A DNA stretch of 57,474 bases, the filler included, from Asterionella formosa (taxonomy: Eukaryota): assembly GCA_002256025.1 (NCBI GenBank). It is 6 parts of 6 records of this genome, joined end to end, with 100 filler letters (N's around TTAATTAATTAA, not from the genome) between each part and the next. Parts side by side here need not be neighbours in the genome. Positions count along the whole stretch, not along the records: positions 9,617 to 19,127 come from NKIB01010582.1; positions 19,228 to 28,735 come from NKIB01010592.1; 4 more parts are not named here. One strand, 5' to 3'. Every line of letters begins with the position of its first letter. Within the stretch, counting starts at the first letter, position 1. Positions 10,760 through 23,142 of this stretch are shown one piece after another. The notes beneath the pieces are model-generated. The model was not told where the DNA came from. It did no database searches and worked only from the letters and a program-made list of their open reading frames with translations. The translations under genes were made by a program, and so were the position numbers.

Positions 10760-13700
10760 CGCCCATGCTTTTGAATCCGCAAATAAGTTTTTGGTCTTTT
10801 TTCCCAATCTTGATTTCAGTAGATCCTCGAGAGGAGTACCAAAAAGGTGCTCATCTCTACTCGAGATTTCCCCTTTGTGTTGATACAGTTTTTTAATATT
10901 TTTTCATCATATTCTGATTGTGATATCAAGTTATTCTGTCCATTCTGTAGTGCTTGGTTCATTTCATGCCATGCTCCTTCCGTGACTTTCCGGAGTTGTG
11001 AAATTGCCATTTTCACCCATAGCTAGGTTGCACATCCGTTGTGTCGGACTTGGATCCTGCTTTAAGCTTTGTACCGCTATTCTCCACTCTTTGCTCATAT
11101 ACCCCCTTAGTGTCATTATATTACCTCGAGCGTTTTGTTGGGCAATGGCCTTACGTATGTGTCTTTTTCTATTTAGTGGTGTACCCGGGACGAATTGGGG
11201 AACGAAACATATCTGATTTTGTGAGATGACATGTTGTACTAGGTATGCCTGGCATACGGAGGAAACTCTCTCACCTGTCTTGGACCTTTGTACTAGAGTT
11301 TGTGACATCTGTGAAATTTGTATGTCTGTTGTATTTGCTCTTTGGATGCTTGCAGTTGTGCATGTGTTCATTTGTTTCCCGCTCCCCACAGTGAACACAG
11401 CTGTCGGTGCCCTGGTGCATAACCTGTCTTCTTGCTCCTGTTGCGAGCCACCCAGGTATGTATTTTGTGATTGTCGTTTTGGTTTGTCCCGCTTGCTCTC
11501 TATAAGCTGCGGATAGGTTGTCCCAGTTCACCAGTTGTTCCCTGTTTTCGTCGTAATTTAATCCATGTGACCTTCGCTGCTATTAGTAATGTGTGAATCA
11601 ATTCCGCTAGAAGTGACACTATGTCTGCGTTGGCTGGGGGACGTCCCGTGTGCTTGCTCCATGACAAGAACCAAACTCTAGCTAGGGCGGCTGCACTGTC
11701 TGTCCAAATAGTTACCACGGAAGATGTGTCTGTCTTGTGGAACTTGATGAATTCCAGTAGAAATTTCAACGCTGGTGCAATTCCAAATAACTCCGCTCTT
11801 GTTGAGGTTGAGCTGTTCTGGTTGATATCTCCATCGACTGGCCCCGAGCAGGCTGCTGTTTGCCTTGGAATTAAACTTCTAGTTCCCCCCATTTGGTAAG
11901 CCATCCTGGTTTTCTTTGGCATTCCATGATTTCCTTCCTCAATCTTCGCCCATCTGCTGTTGCTATTTCCGCCACTGTAGTCACCTGTAGGAACATTCTG
12001 CATGCATTTAAATGAAAAAGTCTGGATTGACTCAATCCCTTTCCCGCCATGATGTGCATAATCATCAAATCGTTTTGACATTGCCTTTCAGGACTCCAGT
12101 GGTTACTGATATCGATTTTGAATTTGTTTTGTGCCTAAAAACTTTCGCATGGCTGTGCATTAGCCATGTTGGGGTTAAGTACGGAATTTCCTCTTCTGTG
12201 TGCATCAGTAAGGGTTCTTCGCAACCAGAATCTAGTTGACTGGTTCATGACGAGATATCCATCATTTTGCCACTTCATCTTTTGCATATTTGTGGAATAG
12301 AAAATTTTCTGTGGCTCTGATCCCTTCCTCGATTGATAAATACACTAGATTCAGTCCCCCTGTTGATATTGGGCCATAGACCAGCACTGCCTTCGGGAAA
12401 TTTACATTGAAGCCCATTTTTCCAAGACTCGCCATGCATGCATGCCCGCTTTTGTATGATTTCCAGTTGAGCTGATGTCATGCTTGTGATTGGTAGCAAA
12501 TACGCCATTTTTGCCGCCCATATCGCTTGGTGTGCCTGATCTGCGTCTCTTCTCCTCATCTTGTTTGACATTGTCTTTATTGCATGATCATTGCTCTTCC
12601 ATGGCAGCCTGTTGACCTCCCCTTCCCATGCACCTGCTGGGCTCAACATCATTCCCAGTGATTTTGTGCATTCTCCTGGGTTTTTATATGCTATAGTTAT
12701 TGGACTGGTTTTCTGATTGTTGCCTTGGATGTTTTTTACAACATATGTTTGATCTGGAGTTTCCCCTGGAATCGGAGCGAGCTGTGGTACCTTGGTGGAG
12801 CACCGTTTGTTGTGGATATCCCTGCTTATCCCACTGCCAGTGGATCGATTGATAAGAAACATTTTGATAGTTCCAGGGTGCCTCCTGAAGCAAATAATAG
12901 TTATTCCCACAGTTGTGCGCATTTTGTTAGGGTTTCAAGCATTGTTGCTATGATATTCATTCGTTCTTTGGGGTTGTCGTTGAAACCTAGACTGGTGTCG
13001 TCTACAAATGCATCTGCATATCGCTCTGATATGACCATGCCCGTTGGATCGCTGTATTTCATACCCCTTGGTGCATGTTTTGTATATGCTAACACTAAGG
13101 GAATGCAGATGGACAACCACACAGCTGGAGATACCCCGCTCCCTTGCCCTGTCCCTGCGAGCAGTTGTTCTTGATATGTACCCTGGTAGCGTGCCTCTGA
13201 TGTACCATAAATCGTTTTTATATTGTATTTCATCAGTCTGACTGTCTCTGAATGTGCTAATATGGCTCCTGTCGGAACCCCCAGTATTCTCGCGCTCAAC
13301 ATAGCAATATTGACTAGAATCCTGTCATAACAACTCTCTGCATCATTTTCAAAAATGGCGAGATTTGATCTTTGTTGTCTGGCGATGTCGAACGATAACG
13401 TCTTTTTGAATAGCACATCAAGTGTGCTTCTATGTTTTCTGGAGCCCTGCATGTCTTCGCCAAACAGTCCGCGATCCTCTGCTCTGCCCACCATATGAAA
13501 TCCCCATATCAATTTAAAGAACAAGTTGTAATTTGCTTCAAAAAGGTGGATGATGCAGAGACAATGGATTTTTGGATCTCCTTTGTCTTTTTCTAACATT
13601 ACTGATGTTGCTTGTTGCCATCTACTGGGAGAGAATCCGTTCGTCACTGGGATCATGTTAATCATCCTTGAGTACCCTATCAGTAATTCAGTGTCTTGTA

Positions 13701-15695
13701 AAGCGGCTTTGTAATGTCCCAGATGTCTACCAGCTACTGGGGGTCGGATGTAGAGGTCGATTCTTTCCATCCTTTGATACCTTTCTTGAAATCCGCTATC
13801 GATCTTTCTGTATTCAGCTGTTTGATACCTTTGAGTTCTGTTGGTATTGCCATGGAGGCAACTAGTTCTTTGACGCCCGGAAAGCACATCTCATCCACAT
13901 TGTGGAAAAGCGTGCCATCCAGTATCTTGTCTGCTGCTTCTGTCAGGCCGTTGAATCCTAAAAGATCCTTCATGGGTCCATGTCCAAACAATGTCACTGC
14001 TGACTTGCGATAGTGCTGATGACAGTGAGCTAGGATTGCACTTTCTAGACCCTCTGCCTCGAATTCTGTTGTCCAGGTGTGGCCATCTGACTGGATGGAC
14101 GGGACTAAAACTTTTGCTAGTGCTCCCCCTGTTCTTGAGTTGAAAATCTTTTTCAGTCTTTAGTTCCTCCATTACTTCGTCATTGATGATATTGAATGGG
14201 TGCAACCTCATTCTTCTTTTCCAGTATTGGTGTGTATATGCCGCTTTTCTGAGTTGTCTGGACCATGAGTGTTGTCCTGTTGGTTTTTTGACTGCCTTTT
14301 CTCGTAGCTGCATCGCCCTTCCTATGTCCCAGTCCAATTTTTCCCATTCCATTTGGATCACTTCTTTGGCGACTCTCTTGCTGTCCAACTCATTGATACT
14401 CCCTGCGATATTGTGGTTTCTCCAATATTTTTTAACTTCAGTTAGATATATTTTACAATCCTCTTGACTTATTGACTGAAACTGTCTAAGCTTTGCTGGC
14501 ACTACATCTTTTTGATTTCCTCCAAGCAACTTTTTCGGGTCAAAGTCGATATATAGGGCTCTGTGGTCTGCTTGAATTTTTTGTAAAATGGTAAGATACC
14601 TCCTCTTTCAACCGCATCTCTGCAATGTGCACTTCCCAGAATATAATCTATTGTTTTGGTTCCTCTGTTGTGGGTAACCGGACTTTTCAGTTCTTCGCTC
14701 AGAATCATTGATATTCCCGAGGAGCTTGAGCCAATTTCCTCATTTGCGTCGAGCATGAGTAGGATTTCCTTGTTGTCTTGTTGAAGTGCTTGAATAAACT
14801 GTATGATATCTCTAACAAATTGAGTTCTTGGATTTGGGTTTTGCAATCCCTTCTTGGACATGGCCATGTGCTTCTGGTGGTAGGAGGTCCCTTCACCATG
14901 GTGTGGCATAGAGGCCTGTGAAATTCTATATGCTGTGATTGCTGTGATGCTGACACCATTCTTGCCTTTTAGATTCATATACTAGCTCCAGTGACCCATG
15001 CCAGAGGGATCCTCGCCTGTTTCCTTCTCTGCTCTTCCACACCATTCTCCGGCTAGACCCATTGCCATTCCCCCTGGTTTGTAGTCCGATGCTGCTGGCA
15101 TCTCACTTGTCGAGAACTCGCATTTCACTGTTTGCATTGGTTTCTGGGCTCTTACTCTGAATTCCGTTTTTGTGCCTTGATTAAGCCAGTTGGTATTTGT
15201 TTCTGCCCCATGATTTCATAGTTTCCATATAGTATATCAGATCCGTTGATGTTCTTTGGAGATGGAGACCTTGAATATTTTTAAAATATACCCTGAAGAT
15301 GTTTTCCTCTGACATAATCATTTCATCCCCCCATGTTGATGGACTCATATCTGCAGACTTTGTGGATATGCCCATTTTTGTTTGTATTTCCTTCTTCGGG
15401 ATTAGCCTGTCTTGTTTTGGCTCTACGATCTGCTTGGGTCCTATGTGTGTGCGTAGTATCTTTCCCTTTCCCCCTCTAATTTCTAACTTGGATGGGATGC
15501 AGTTTCTTTGTGGGTAATATTCCTATCCCGTGTTTCATGTTCTTCAATCTGGCTCGTTTCTAACATCTGATCTCCAACTTGGTCTGGGTCGGTGGGATAC
15601 CGTGACCGGAGAGCTGCTGGATCTATCATTTGATGATAGGGGGACTTGTTGAGCTTGCTGGTCTACGGTGCCTTGATCTCTGTTTTCCGCCAGCA
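10760..15695 (-). pseudogene. LINE ORF2 (endonuclease, reverse transcriptase, RNase H), disrupted
   Basis: ORF-track pieces 15181-15375, 14502-14978, 13891-14529, 12901-13887, 12275-12922, 11500-12081, 11271-11531 and 10964-11398 tile one polyprotein. Confidence 0.85.
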
Positions 15696-15710
15696 TAGCT
15701 TCTAGAGGAG

Positions 15711-17992
15711 CTACACTGTTTTATGCAAGGTGTTGAGAGCCGGAGTGAGGGAGTTGAGTGGCTGATGAGTTGTGGTTGAAAGACCAGATGGTGGTTGAAT
15801 GCTCTCGTGGTCTTGGTCTTCTGACTGCTCTGTGTCGGAATCCTCTAGGGGCGGTGGCGCGGAGTTTGACCCGTTTTTGGCAATGGTTTTCTTTGCCTTT
15901 TTCACTGCTCTGTGAGCCATGTGCCATGTTGCTGTGTCGCTCCTTTCCATTCTTGTTTGTATTGCCTCCATGTCCTCTGGTGATGCTGCTCTAATTTGAA
16001 GCTCACTTGGAAGTTGAGTGAGGCTTTCTTCCTCGTTGGATGTGTAATTGCCTGATTCTGGATTGGAGTCTGTGGTTTGGGACCACATTGCTTGTGTAGA
16101 GAATTCCGATCTCTGCCTGGTTTCGCTTGACATTCTTATGCCTGAGCCAGCTAGAATCTTGACTAATTCTTGGATGGTAACACTGATCTCCGATAGTGTT
16201 GTCGTTGTCTCGCTTGCCTGTGTCCGGAGATCTGATATTGATGAGGCTGTGAAACTTGCCTGTCCCGCCGCTTTAAATTGGTATCCTATTAGTGCATCGA
16301 TGCTCTTTCGCATCATTCCCATTTCTGATTTAATGTTTTCATTGCTTGGTCATATGTGCCTTGTTTTGTTGCTACCTCATTCAGGAGTCTTTCAATCCCA
16401 TCCCGTTCGTCCTCCATGTCCAGGGTCATTTGATCTGTGCCTACTGTCGCTTGGGAAGAGTTATTCATGGTAACCTTCTCTGCATATGTGTGCTTGCGCT
16501 TGGGGTGAACGTGTTTGTTTCGATGTCCTGCCTGTGCCGCTGCTTGGGTGGGGATTTCTGTCTCTGTCATGGATTCTGCATTGGTAGGCTTGAATCTTGA
16601 CAGTAGAGCATTCACATGCTGTTGGTCGGCTGCATTCCTGTTTCCGCCTAAAGGTACTCTCTTCATTGAGTAGGTGGGTGGTGTGCTCTCCCCATATTCC
16701 TGTATGAGGAGGCGGTTGAACCCTGATGTATGTTTGATTACCTCTATCTCATTTGCTGCTGGATATATGATGACTGGAACTCCTGATGTTGTGTAATCAG
16801 TGTTGCATAGTAGACAGTTATCTGTGGAGTCCACTGCTTCAAGCATGTATTGTCTGAACGTCGTTATCTTGCCTTGAATAATTAGTCGAGTATCTATATC
16901 CTTAAAACCTGCCATCGTCAGTTTTGTCCTTGTGGTGGTTGTCAGCCATTTTTGTTGATAGTAATACTGGGCTATTCCTTCATGATCTTGATCTGCTGCG
17001 AAATTAATGGCGTGATATCCCACAAAACCAATTGAATAGTCTGATCTTATGGGGAACAAATTTGTCATTGCGTTGTAGGTTGCCTGCGCTGTGTTCTTGC
17101 TCGCTCGCACTGATGCCATAGGCATATGTCTTCACTTCTATTCTGAATTTGGCGTATTTTATTCCCTGGCTCCTTATTTGAAAGACCAAAGTAGAGGAAA
17201 CCTCTTCACCTAATAAACTCTTTATCCATTCCGTTGTACATTCTATCAAGGCTATAAAGCTGTTCTTTCCAAATACTACCCTACTTGCACATCGTCCAAG
17301 CTTTGATGTGTATATTCATCTAAGAACATAAGATTGTCCTTCAGAAATGGAATAATACTTCTCTTCATTGTGGAGTACTTCTGTGATTTCACCTTGATGT
17401 ACACGTCAATATACTATCTTTTGGTACCATCTTTAATCTTGATATATTTGAGTGGTTGATCCTCTGGATTGAGTTTGAACGCCACTTTTATTGAGATTTC
17501 TGAATTGGCATGATCTAATGGGAGGAGTTTGAATGTGACATCTTTCTCTCTCATTTCTTCCATCATTTTCTCCAACAAGTTCTTTTTGAAGATGACTGTT
17601 TGGACTTCGAAATTATCATTCAATGGTGTAATGCCTTGAACCTTTGTTTTCCAGCTAAGCATCGGGTTTCGCATGATGCTGTACCCTTGCTCCAAGGTGG
17701 AGCACCTTTGGACCTGACTTGGTTGCTTGATCTCTGCTGTCCTCTTGTTTCCTGGTGCCCCCTCCTTTGTGATGCCTACGGCATGGGGCAATGGTGTTCC
17801 TGTCAATCCTGCAGTACCTTCATCGTTATTTTGTTCGTCCTTTGCATCAGTGTCCTTGAAATGTCGGCCTTCCGTTGTGGCTACTAGTACAGCTGCAATT
17901 GTTTTGTTGTGAATGAATTCCTCGCTTATTCCTTTTTTCTTTCTGTGTTGAATGATTCTCCGCTGTACCCTCATCTTCATTTTCCGGTCCAT
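15711..17992 (-). pseudogene. LINE ORF1-like, disrupted
   Basis: Long co-oriented ORF fragments (17414-17992, 16313-17125, 15711-16322) lie directly upstream of ORF2. No recognisable domain. Confidence 0.6.
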
Positions 17993-18472
17993 TTCACTCT
18001 TTGCATAAAAGTGACCGAAAATGCATAATTAGTTAGTCAGGGGAACTCGGGATTACTTTTTAAACTAAATTTGTAGCAAATCAATAATAATTTTTATCAA
18101 TGATAGAAACTTTTCCTAACTAAGTTTTCAACGACTCTTTTTACTTATTATATTGAAAATCGAAAAATAAATATCTATTTGTACTACTGTACATTTTGTC
18201 AAGAAATCGAAGTAGCTAGCGACAGTTTTGAGTCTGAGATGATTAGCTTGATAACTTTGACTAGAAAAGGTTTCCTATGATTTGTAGAAATAGATGAGAA
18301 AACCTGAGCGACAGTATTCTCGGAGAAGGTACAACATTTCAAGATGCAACAAATTCCTTTACGTCAATTTTGTAATGAGTTTCGTGTAGGCACTAATTGT
18401 CGTGGTACATTTTTACGGAATCTTGAGTAGGGGGTTAAATATAGTCATAAATGCGATATCTACGATGTTTAC

Positions 18473-19127
18473 ATGGTACAAAATGCAATAGTTTATCGTG
18501 TACACAAATACTGCTATATACCGGTTGTAGCATACATGATAATCATGAGTGCCTACCGAACCCCCAACCTGTTGTCTGATCGGAACAAAGATGAAGACCT
18601 TTCTCTGGAGACGAGTGATCTAGTTTCCGTATTGAAGGGTAATTATGCTGGCGAAATTGGCCAGTTTGTATGCTACATGAAGGCCAAGGCGTTGGTCAAT
18701 GTGTACGACAGGGTCTTCAATAAATCAGTTCTCAACCATGCCTGGAAGCCTTCCGAAATCAAGAAAATCGTTCCTTGGGACAATACTTCTCCTTTACCTG
18801 AATACTTCGAATCCGTTTTGGAGGATGAAGTCTGGATTTTGCTGAAGCCATGAAAGCTGTGTCTTATATCATGGAAGATGATACAATGCTCCAGATTTCT
18901 GGTGTTCCACCTGATAAGTTATTTGTTTAAACTTGTCCTTTCTGCCAGACACCTTTTTTCGACCAAAAACTGTCCTTTCCTGGACTTCGGCCAACAGCAG
19001 GCAGATTATGGGTCAAGTCGGTACAGATCAGGCGAATTGGTCGCTTATCAGGGCTTCTTTCCGGACAAAGAGGATCCTTGCCGAATGCTTCAGGCAGATG
19101 ACAGGCGGGGCAATGTCGTTGGTTCTT
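18473..19127 (+). pseudogene. Hypothetical coding remnant with KOW-like motif, truncated by scaffold end
   Basis: 'DLVSVLKGNYAGEIGQF' resembles a KOW motif. The reading frame is interrupted. Confidence 0.3.
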
Positions 19128-19227
19128 NNNNNNNNNNNNNNNNNNNNNNNNNNNNNNNNNNNNNNNNNNNNTTAATTAATTAANNNNNNNNNNNNNNNNN
19201 NNNNNNNNNNNNNNNNNNNNNNNNNNN
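19128..19227. other. Artificial scaffold spacer
   Basis: N run with TTAATTAATTAA. Confidence 0.97.
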
Positions 19228-19317
19228 TTCTTTCACCCTCGGAATCCTGTGAAAACCATCCATTCACCATCAAGTGCATACCAGTCGACGTTTGGAAACA
19301 ATCGTTGTTCAGGGGCT

Positions 19318-19974
19318 ATGGAGAGCAGCGCCGCGGAGGAGAAAAGAAAGCTCCCGGAAACAGCGCAAAAACAAAGTAAGCGCCAGAAAACCAGGAAAAC
19401 CACAACCGTCCACGAGAACCTTCCGTTGGCTGGCTTGGCATTTGCCGTAACCACGCTGGATATCAAGGGTGGAAAACACTCCAACGATGCTCCATCGTAT
19501 AAGGCAGTTGTAGCCATAGTGACTTCTTTGGGGGCAAAGGCAACAGGCCAAGTCCACAAGGGACTAACTGGGGTCATTTGTAATCCATCCGCGGTGCACC
19601 ACCAGACGCAACGCGTTCGAAAGGCCATCAAGCGGGGCCTACCTTTGATAAGTGTGGATTTTTTGCACGCGTGTCAACAAAAGAAGGAACTGCTTGATTT
19701 TAGAGACTTCGAATTGAAAGTGGAGAATTTAAAGACAGATAACCGCTCCCGCAACGCCAATAATATTAGCGGCCTAGACGACTCCGCAAATGCCGATGCA
19801 ATCAATATTCTCACGCAAGTATTAGAGCCAAGGGAGAGTCAGTGGAGCGAACCTGTTGGCTTGGGATGCTGTTGCATCTGTCATGAAGAAAATGATGATA
19901 CCTGTCCTTGGTGCAATGATTGCGATGTCAACAAAGCCAAGAATCAAGAAGCAATTGAAGGAACAGTGAACTAG
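19318..19974 (+). CDS. BRCT-domain protein with C-terminal Cys-rich (Zn-binding) motif
   Basis: LAGLAFAV…SLGAKATGQVHKGLTGVIC…VRKAIKRGLPLISVDFLHAC fits the BRCT consensus. C-terminus GCCCICHE…CPWCNDC. Basic NLS-like N-terminus. Confidence 0.8.
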   Translation: MESSAAEEKRKLPETAQKQSKRQKTRKTTTVHENLPLAGLAFAVTTLDIKGGKHSNDAPSYKAVVAIVTSLGAKATGQVHKGLTGVICNPSAVHHQTQRVRKAIKRGLPLISVDFLHACQQKKELLDFRDFELKVENLKTDNRSRNANNISGLDDSANADAINILTQVLEPRESQWSEPVGLGCCCICHEENDDTCPWCNDCDVNKAKNQEAIEGTVN

Positions 19975-20297
19975 ATGCAAAGGCTCATTTGTAAACGGAA
20001 TACAAAATGGGAGAATTCTCCGGCAAAATCCCCTGCCAACGTCGCCAGTGATCTGTAAACATGCATTGTTCAAAATTGCTGAGGATTCTGGAAGCAACGT
20101 GATTAGCTTCCGCTGCCACACACCATTTGTGTAGCACAGGAAAATATTTTTATCATGCCCTCCCACCGCAGTAATGAAAATTCCATTTCAAGAAAGAATG
20201 ATGTTTCTATTCACACAAAAAATTCTATTTCTAAAATGTATACTGCCTCATATCAACCAAGGTCGTGCTGTTCTAAAGAATAAGAATAAAAGTTTTG

Positions 20298-20990
20298 TTA
20301 ATTGCAAATATTGCAGAACTTCGGGCAAAGGTAACACGGGATTTCAGTTGGGCTACAAAGCAAAGATTTGAAAGCAGTTCCATCGCCAGTAAGCCATGAG
20401 CAGGTTTGACTCCCAATATTAAATTTGACCCAGAAACTATAAACAGCACTGTCTGAACATGACTATGTGGGAGCAAATGTAGATGCTTCAGGGGTTGGAG
20501 GAACGGATGGTGTAGCTGTAGAAGAGTTGGTGAGTTGGTGGGAACACTAGTAGGAGAGCATGTAGGAAGACTTGAAGGAGCCCCGATGGGAGGACTAGAA
20601 GGAGCATCTGTGGGTTGACTAGTGGGAGAATCGGTGTGATGACTAGTAGGAGCATCGGTGGGAATACCAATAGGAGGACAACCATTAGTGATGTTTCTAA
20701 AGGAAGGTGAGTTATCAGGTGAAAAAACAGGAGACATGGCAGAACTGGAAAAGGTCGGCGAAGTGGAGGGTGGAGCTGGTGCAGCTGTTACAACAGGAGT
20801 GGCAGTTCTGACACCACCAGGGGGAGCTTGTTAACTCCAAAGGTGCAGCATCAGGTGAAAGAACCGGAGACATGGCAGGACTGGAAAAAGTAGGCGAAAT
20901 GGAGAGTGGAGCTGATGCAACTGCGACAACAGAAGTGGCATTTTAACTCTGGCACATTTTTGATTGTTGAATTGAAAAGGGCATTATGGA
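20298..20990 (-). pseudogene. Pro/Thr/Ser-rich (mucin-like) surface-protein gene with C-terminal Cys domain, frameshifted
   Basis: PTDAPTS/PTSQPT repeats, then in another frame CSDS…TCSWL…LC…LCPKFCNIC. Internal ~90-bp direct repeat at ~20714 and ~20851. Confidence 0.55.
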
Positions 20991-23142
20991 TTCTCCATCA
21001 CCATGTCATGAATATTTGTCAGTGGGAGTCCACCATTTGTTGAAAGGTGATAAAGCAGGTCGGTTAGGTAACATGCATGCAAAGAACATGATTCTTTTAA
21101 TTATTTAAGAGGTGATTGAACTCCGCAAGCTTTGGACTGGGATTAATATTGATTGATTCTAACAGATTATGGGCAGGGCTTCAAGATGCAAGTGCATTTT
21201 GTAATAGCCAAACTTGCATTGTGCACGATTATTCAAACCCGCTGGTAGTATGGATAAATAAAATGCTAAACATTGAAGGGCTGACTCTGAAATTTTGATT
21301 CAAATGGATTGCTAGTCATTGGGGGATTTTGGTTTGTCAAAAAGCGAGCAGCTGAAGAAAACCAATGTTTACATGTTGTCAACATTTGTCAACAGAGCTA
21401 GTGGCACTGAGACAACTAATAGCTACTAGTTATTACATATTATGAATCATTTCATCTACATTCTATAATTTGGTTGAGCTCGAAATGAAGTGATAATGAA
21501 TCATAATTTATTTTTTGTATCATACATACTAGTACTTTTCTGTGATCTAATTTTATTGGCAGACATTTCTAACCAGGAAGGAGGATCTGTAATTCATAAA
21601 GTTTGATTCATATATTGTAAACTTTGATAAGAGAATTTTATCATATAACGGTGTCAATAATATGAGAAAATGAATCATCGAGTTATTAAATGATTTGTAC
21701 CATATGAAAAATGTTGAATGACTCCCGCTATTTGAGGGGCTTAAGTGAATCACTGACTTGGACAAAAATTGATACGGAAAAAATTCAAAAACAGTACAGC
21801 AGGACGTGGAAATCAATGATATCCTCATGCATTGCATATATTTGAATTATGTATAAGCTTACTAACTGATGATAGTATGCCCATGCATACAAAGAGAGTC
21901 TTTGAACTACGAAAGTGTTCAAGCAACTGTATACATATACTTATGCATTTACAAAATGTTATGAATGTATACATGGCTAATACATTTGAAATCATGTTTA
22001 AAGGTTCCTTGTAATGCATACTGGTAACACATCCTGAAATGAGAGATCACATCAGCCACATGACAAGGAAAACTGAAGTGACGCTACAACACAATGAAAA
22101 CCTTCATGCTTAGAGGGATTGAAAATGGAAAAGTGAAGGGAATCTAGCTATGGTATTTCAAGGGCAAATGCCAGGATGATTGATTGTTGGGTTTACAAAG
22201 ACTAAATGATTGCTTCCTTTTATAGTAATCAAACAGCTCATTTTGCATTCAGTGGTAAACCTTCAATGTGGGAAAGAAAAAGTGGTAACTGCTCTCATTG
22301 GATCAAGCAAGGCTCAACTGTTAGAACATCACTGACACATGCTTGTTTTATATCTTTCCGGATAATTTTAATCAAACAGTTTGCTGTAAGTTATAAAAGA
22401 CATTTGTGGAATGATTTGTTGTTGTGTTTACTTATGTCGTGATATTTGACTGACACATTATTTTACTGAAATATGTCAAAGTTCATCGATTTCGTCTGGT
22501 AAGTGAAGCATCATAAAATGGGTCTGCAGTGTTGAGGTTTATTCAAAACATGGCTAACCGGTAATTCCTTCTCATTGCTTGTATGATTAAGAAAACAAAA
22601 TTGATAAGACAACGAAATATCGCATGCGAATTCAGAATCGGATTGAAAGGAAAGGGGAGTTACAGCAAGCAGTCAGACAAGTTTCAGAATCAGTGAGAAA
22701 GGGAGGCTGGAGGCATGCATGAAGAGCCTTAGGGCAATAGAAAAGGAGGGTGACATGGGCTCTTTAACCGCACAGAATGTAGAAACATAAAAATCATTAC
22801 AATCCATTTCAACCTATTTTCAACAGTGATTTTGATTAGATTTACCATCATGTTAAGATAGATAAATGATGAAAGAATGTACATCATAGGATAATGTTTT
22901 GATAATTATATGGTGTATTTTTTAATGTAAGTATGCTTTACATGATCACAATATTTTGATTTGTCAAAGGGTGTCTATAATCAATCTAGATTCTACTACA
23001 ATCAAAGAAAGTGGCTTGATGGAATTAAAAATGATAGGGCCAAAAAATGCTCTCAAGATGTACATTTTTTCATTTCCTCTTACTCATTAAAATTGGCAAA
23101 TATTTATTTGTTTAAGAAATCCAATTTTCCACATGGTGACCA

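Larger units (their letters stand above)
10320..18050 (-). mobile_element. Decayed non-LTR retrotransposon (Ambal-like LINE: ORF1 + APE-RT-RNase H ORF2)
   Basis: Ordered minus-strand fragments: ORF1 pieces 17992-15711; APE motifs FRVYFKNIQGL, LLMLDANE, THNRGTKTIDY; RT motifs FENDAESCYDRI, GTGQGSGVSP, ADAFVDD; RNase H motifs STRAELFG, WTDS; Zn knuckle CVHCGERETNEHMHNC. Many frameshifts and stops. Boundaries are approximate. Confidence 0.85.

Noticed and set aside
21500..22500. Possible decayed coding sequence
   Set aside because: No recognisable motif in the frames I translated.
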